A stretch of DNA of 64,000 nt from Pecten maximus. Its lineage: Eukaryota. The notes beneath the pieces are model-generated. The model was not told the DNA's origin and made no database searches. It worked only from the letters and a program-made list of their open reading frames with translations. The stretch is taken from positions 20,522,001 to 20,586,000 of the forward strand of contig NC_047024.1 of the NCBI RefSeq assembly GCF_902652985.1, written 5' to 3'. The position numbers and the translations under genes were made by a program. Numbering within the stretch: the stretch's first letter is position 1; each line of letters begins with the position of its first letter. Below are positions 60,801 through 64,000 of this stretch, in pieces.

Positions 60801-63754
60801 AAAATCCTGCCAGGGGACGTAACTCCATCAGACATTAATATTCGCAGTGTTCACAGGAGGTGGTGGTCACACCCTGGTCATCGATGGTAATACAAAATTT
60901 TGTACTGTATATTAAATTTTAAGGTTTATGATACAACCTACCTTTTGGTTATTGTAATTGTTACTTATTGATACACAGGGAATCTAGAATACATCCAGCA
61001 TCCAAAGCCAATGCAACAGTTATACAGACGAATTCACCTAATTTGCATGTTAGTTACATGTTATTTGTATTTGCATAACCCACTTATTTGCAAAAAATTA
61101 TTGGGCCCCAATTTTTTCTTTATTTGTATTTTAACTCCAGGTATTTGCATTGACTTTTACACTGGACATTGCTTATTTGCATATGAACTTACGAAAGTCA
61201 CTGATCTAAGTTTCTATAAAATATGTTTTCACGTTATAGAAACATAGATGACTTTAAACCGCCCATCAATCACTTTATAGAAACAGATCACTTTAAACTG
61301 CCCGTCAATACATTTCATTTGACTGGTTATGTTGGAATGCACATCGACAAATCGGTTTAGTCCCGACCCAGTCCATATCTTGAAGCCAGTACATGTTTCA
61401 TTTTAAGTTATTTATTTCCACTTATTTTTAAAGATGATGGCAGTCTGTTTGTTTGTGGATCAAACAACAAGGGTCAGTTGGGACTTGGTCACACCCAGGA
61501 CATTTCCACACTGACCAAGGTCAAGTTACCCGGTGACACTGTAGTTACCAAGGCAACAGGTGGATGGGATTTCACCTTGATCATAACAGGTACAGTAAAT
61601 GTTTAAAAGTGTCGGGGGCTATTCCAGCAAAGTATTTATTCAATGAGAGGACTTCGAAAATAAAGAAATTATACCCATTTTGGGCATGAGAGAAAATGCT
61701 ATCTTTGCCATATATTGTTTAGGGGATTAATTGTTTCAAATTATCCTATGAAACAAGATTTTAAATAATTTTGTCAAGAAATGATACTGATTTTAAAATA
61801 TGTTTGTTTACATTTTGACCAACAGCGACAGGAGAGCTGCTTGCGATGGGTTCAAATGCCTTTGGACAATTGGGGTTACCAGGTGCAAACCAAGTCTTAC
61901 TGCCGGTAAAGTTATTTGTTTTTCTGACCTCAAAATCTTGTCGTTAGTTTAAAGGGTGTCACGGGAGCTCAGTCGGTCAAAGTGCCTGCCACGTAACCTG
62001 AGGTGAAGATCCAAGGAGTGTGGTTTGACACTGTCTGCAAGTGTCATTTTGTATTTCTCAGGAAGCTGAGAAACGGGCTGTTCTGCATTGTCATTTTGTG
62101 TCCTTGGGCAAGAAACAGTATCGCAGTTGCTCTGGATGGCATGCGACTCGCCGCCTGTATGTTGTTAAGTGAGGTAGTCACCAGCTACTACAAGGAGACC
62201 CCACCTCAAAATGACCCTGGCTATTCACAGGGCGATTAACAATACAAGCAACAAATTATCCTTTAGTTTGGAATATAATTAAACCCTTTTAGAAAAAGTT
62301 TTGTAAAAACATGTTTTTCAGGAATAATTGATTACTTTATTAAGGAGACTATATTGTGTTAAAAAAAAAGAAGAAGAAAAAAGTAAACCATTAAAAACAC
62401 AAAAGTAAACCATTTGAAATACAAATACAAAATGTACAGTCAAATAAATACTCTATGGATAATTTTTCCTTTCGTAGGTCATAGTAAAGGTACCAAATCA
62501 TGAGAAGGTGGCTGATGTTGCTGCAGGGCTCAGACATGTAGTCATGGTTACAGGTTAGAATTATATGTTTAAAATATACCATTTATATATCAAAGTATGT
62601 GATGTTTTCAAGCCTGTATCAGCTATCTTCAGGGCCCAGTTCAAAAGGTGATTAGGCTAATCACAGTTTAACAACAACTTAAAAATCCTGGGCCCAGTTG
62701 TTCAAAAGGTGATTAACTTGATCAGTGAAAATTTCATTTCTCATTTGTTACAAAACCTGTGAGTATATCATCTTTAGATTATGCCAGTTGGAAGTGAATT
62801 GATAATTTCAGAGTTTCATAAAGTTTTGTCAAGCTAATTCTACCATAAATTATTATATCAGGATTTGAAAAATGTTAAAATGTGATTAGCCTATTCATCT
62901 TTTTAACAACTGTGCCCTGGTGATTACCTGTGATGTCTTGGTAACAACATTATGAAGTAATACAATCAACGACATACATATATATCAAAGTATAATGAGT
63001 TTAAGAGTAACACAAGTATACTGTTGATCAATTGAAAATCAACCTATCCAAATCTGATATGTTTTAAAGTGAAATAACAGTAAATACTTAGATACACATG
63101 AAAAAATTTCACTTTTAACTTCTATGAGAAATTCTTACTGCACTTTTTCCATTACACCACTGGTTATGATAATGGTTGTGTTAAATTGGTACTTTCTTTG
63201 TGTTTCTCAGTCAGTGGCAATGTTTATTGCTGGGGTGCTGGGAGAAAGGGTCAGTGTGGAGTTTTAGTGGACAACAAACCTCCAAATAAACTTACAAGTC
63301 CATCTCAAGGTCAGTACATCCAATACCTGTATCACAAATTTGCTATGGGCTAAATTAAAGCTTGGTGTTCTAATCCAGGGGAAATAACTCTTGAATTTTG
63401 AAAGTCCATAGTGCATTGGTTTTATAGGTAATCATCAAAAATGTAGCATGAGAACTGTTTTTATGATATAAGTCAATGTTCAAGCTATGGAACATAACAT
63501 TCAGTAGACGAATTGTATGTACCGGGTAAACAGAATTTTAAGAAATAATCTTTTGAATTTTGATCTCTCATTTGAAATACTGCACTATAATACTCAAGTC
63601 CAAGAAAAATGTCAAATGTATTAAGCACAGTGTCTGTAATTTTCTGTTGGTTTAAATAGCTTGTATTGGCACTTTTATCCAGTGACAATACCGGAGATTG
63701 AGGGATGTGTGCATGCAGTTGTTGCGGGATCTCACCATTCAGTGGCCATGACAG
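57738..63754 (+). CDS. SERGEF: Secretion-regulating guanine nucleotide exchange factor (DelGEF), RCC1-repeat protein; exons 1-7, 3'-partial, apparent frameshift in exon 2
   Basis: Exons 57738-57800, 60756-60886, 61434-61589, 61826-61905, 62478-62553, 63211-63309, 63683-63754. Motifs W|GANSYGQLGQGH, TGGGGHT, LFVCGSNNKGQLGLGH, GWDFT, GSNAFGQLG, EKVADVAAGLRH. Motif order and intron positions match vertebrate SERGEF as I recall it. Confidence 0.88.
58974..59365. mobile_element. Same hairpin-ended repeat family, copy 2, opposite orientation
   Basis: tatagaggatatctaacagtgtcttcagtaat... and gattggtcaaatcag...aaagtgatatttttcac. Confidence 0.7.
60756..60886 (+). CDS. SERGEF: SERGEF exon 2 (GANSYGQLGQGH...; one extra base near 60850-60852)
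   Basis: ttacag| acceptor, G|gtaata donor; TGGGGHTLVID lies in the shifted frame. Confidence 0.88.
61434..61589 (+). CDS. SERGEF: SERGEF exon 3 (DGSLFVCGSNNKGQLGLGH...GGWDFTLIIT)
   Basis: RCC1 repeat, phase 1-1, AG/GT boundaries. Confidence 0.92.
61826..61905 (+). CDS. SERGEF: SERGEF exon 4 (TGELLAMGSNAFGQLGLPGANQVLLP)
   Basis: RCC1 repeat, phase 1-0. Confidence 0.9.
61954..62255 (+). mobile_element. CORE-type SINE, copy 2
   Basis: A-box-like agctcagtcggt, gtgtccttgggcaag core, ctactacaaggaga...cctcaaaatgaccctggct tail. Confidence 0.75.
62478..62553 (+). CDS. SERGEF: SERGEF exon 5 (VIVKVPNHEKVADVAAGLRHVVMVT)
   Basis: RCC1 motif VAAGxxH, phase 0-1. Confidence 0.9.
62691..62916. mobile_element. 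PIF/Harbinger-type MITE, copy 2 (inverted relative to copy 1), preceded by an extra terminal fragment at 62633-62690
   Basis: Same TIR, TSD CTG; interior is the reverse complement of copy 1. Confidence 0.85.
63211..63309 (+). CDS. SERGEF: SERGEF exon 6 (SGNVYCWGAGRKGQCG...)
   Basis: RCC1 motif GxVYxWGxxxxGQxG, phase 1-1. Confidence 0.9.
63683..63754 (+). CDS. SERGEF: SERGEF exon 7 (TIPEIEGCVHAVVAGSHHSVAMT)
   Basis: RCC1 motif VxAGxxHS, phase 1-1; gene continues beyond the window. Confidence 0.88.
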
Positions 63755-64000
63755 GTCTGTGGTTGGCTATTTGTAATATTTTCTGCATTTGTACTTGTTT
63801 TGATCAATTTGAACTCAGAATTTATTGGAATATTTATTCTTGTGTTATATAGATACTGTATTTTTCACATGTGACTCCACAGTCTTGAGAAGTTCAGTTG
63901 GTGGAACCATTTTATTTACAATTTATAATGCTTGAAAAAAAAAATGAAAATATCTGGAACAGAATATAAGCATATATATACTATGTACCTAGTACATGTA

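Overview
AT-rich, intron-containing animal genomic DNA. The SINE and repeat inventory suggests a bivalve mollusc; this is inference. Three protein-coding genes are supported. (1) A complete NF-YA gene on the minus strand: 8 coding exons at 46467-54620, 508 aa, with a Q29 tract and an enlarged Q-rich domain. (2) Head-to-head with it, the first 7 exons of an RCC1-repeat gene matching SERGEF (from 57738, running off the window), with an apparent +1 frameshift in exon 2. (3) The first coding exon of a RERG/RASL11/RASL12-type small GTPase (27429-27486, minus); I could not find its later exons. The rest is non-coding: about eight tandem arrays, V-, CORE- and Meta-type SINEs, and many MITE/foldback elements. 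All long ORFs at 8.6-9.4, 19, 20.4-23.4 and 38 kb are repeat artefacts. I found no clearly new protein system. The best leads are a de novo motif CACAGGGAYTTGG occurring as three convergent pairs around the GTPase gene, two tandem arrays that grew from the inverted repeats of DNA transposons, a 64-68 bp palindromic mini-element with 9-10 bp TSDs, the SERGEF frameshift, and a CCAAT-rich NF-YA/SERGEF bidirectional promoter. Coordinates were counted by eye, so repeat edges are approximate.
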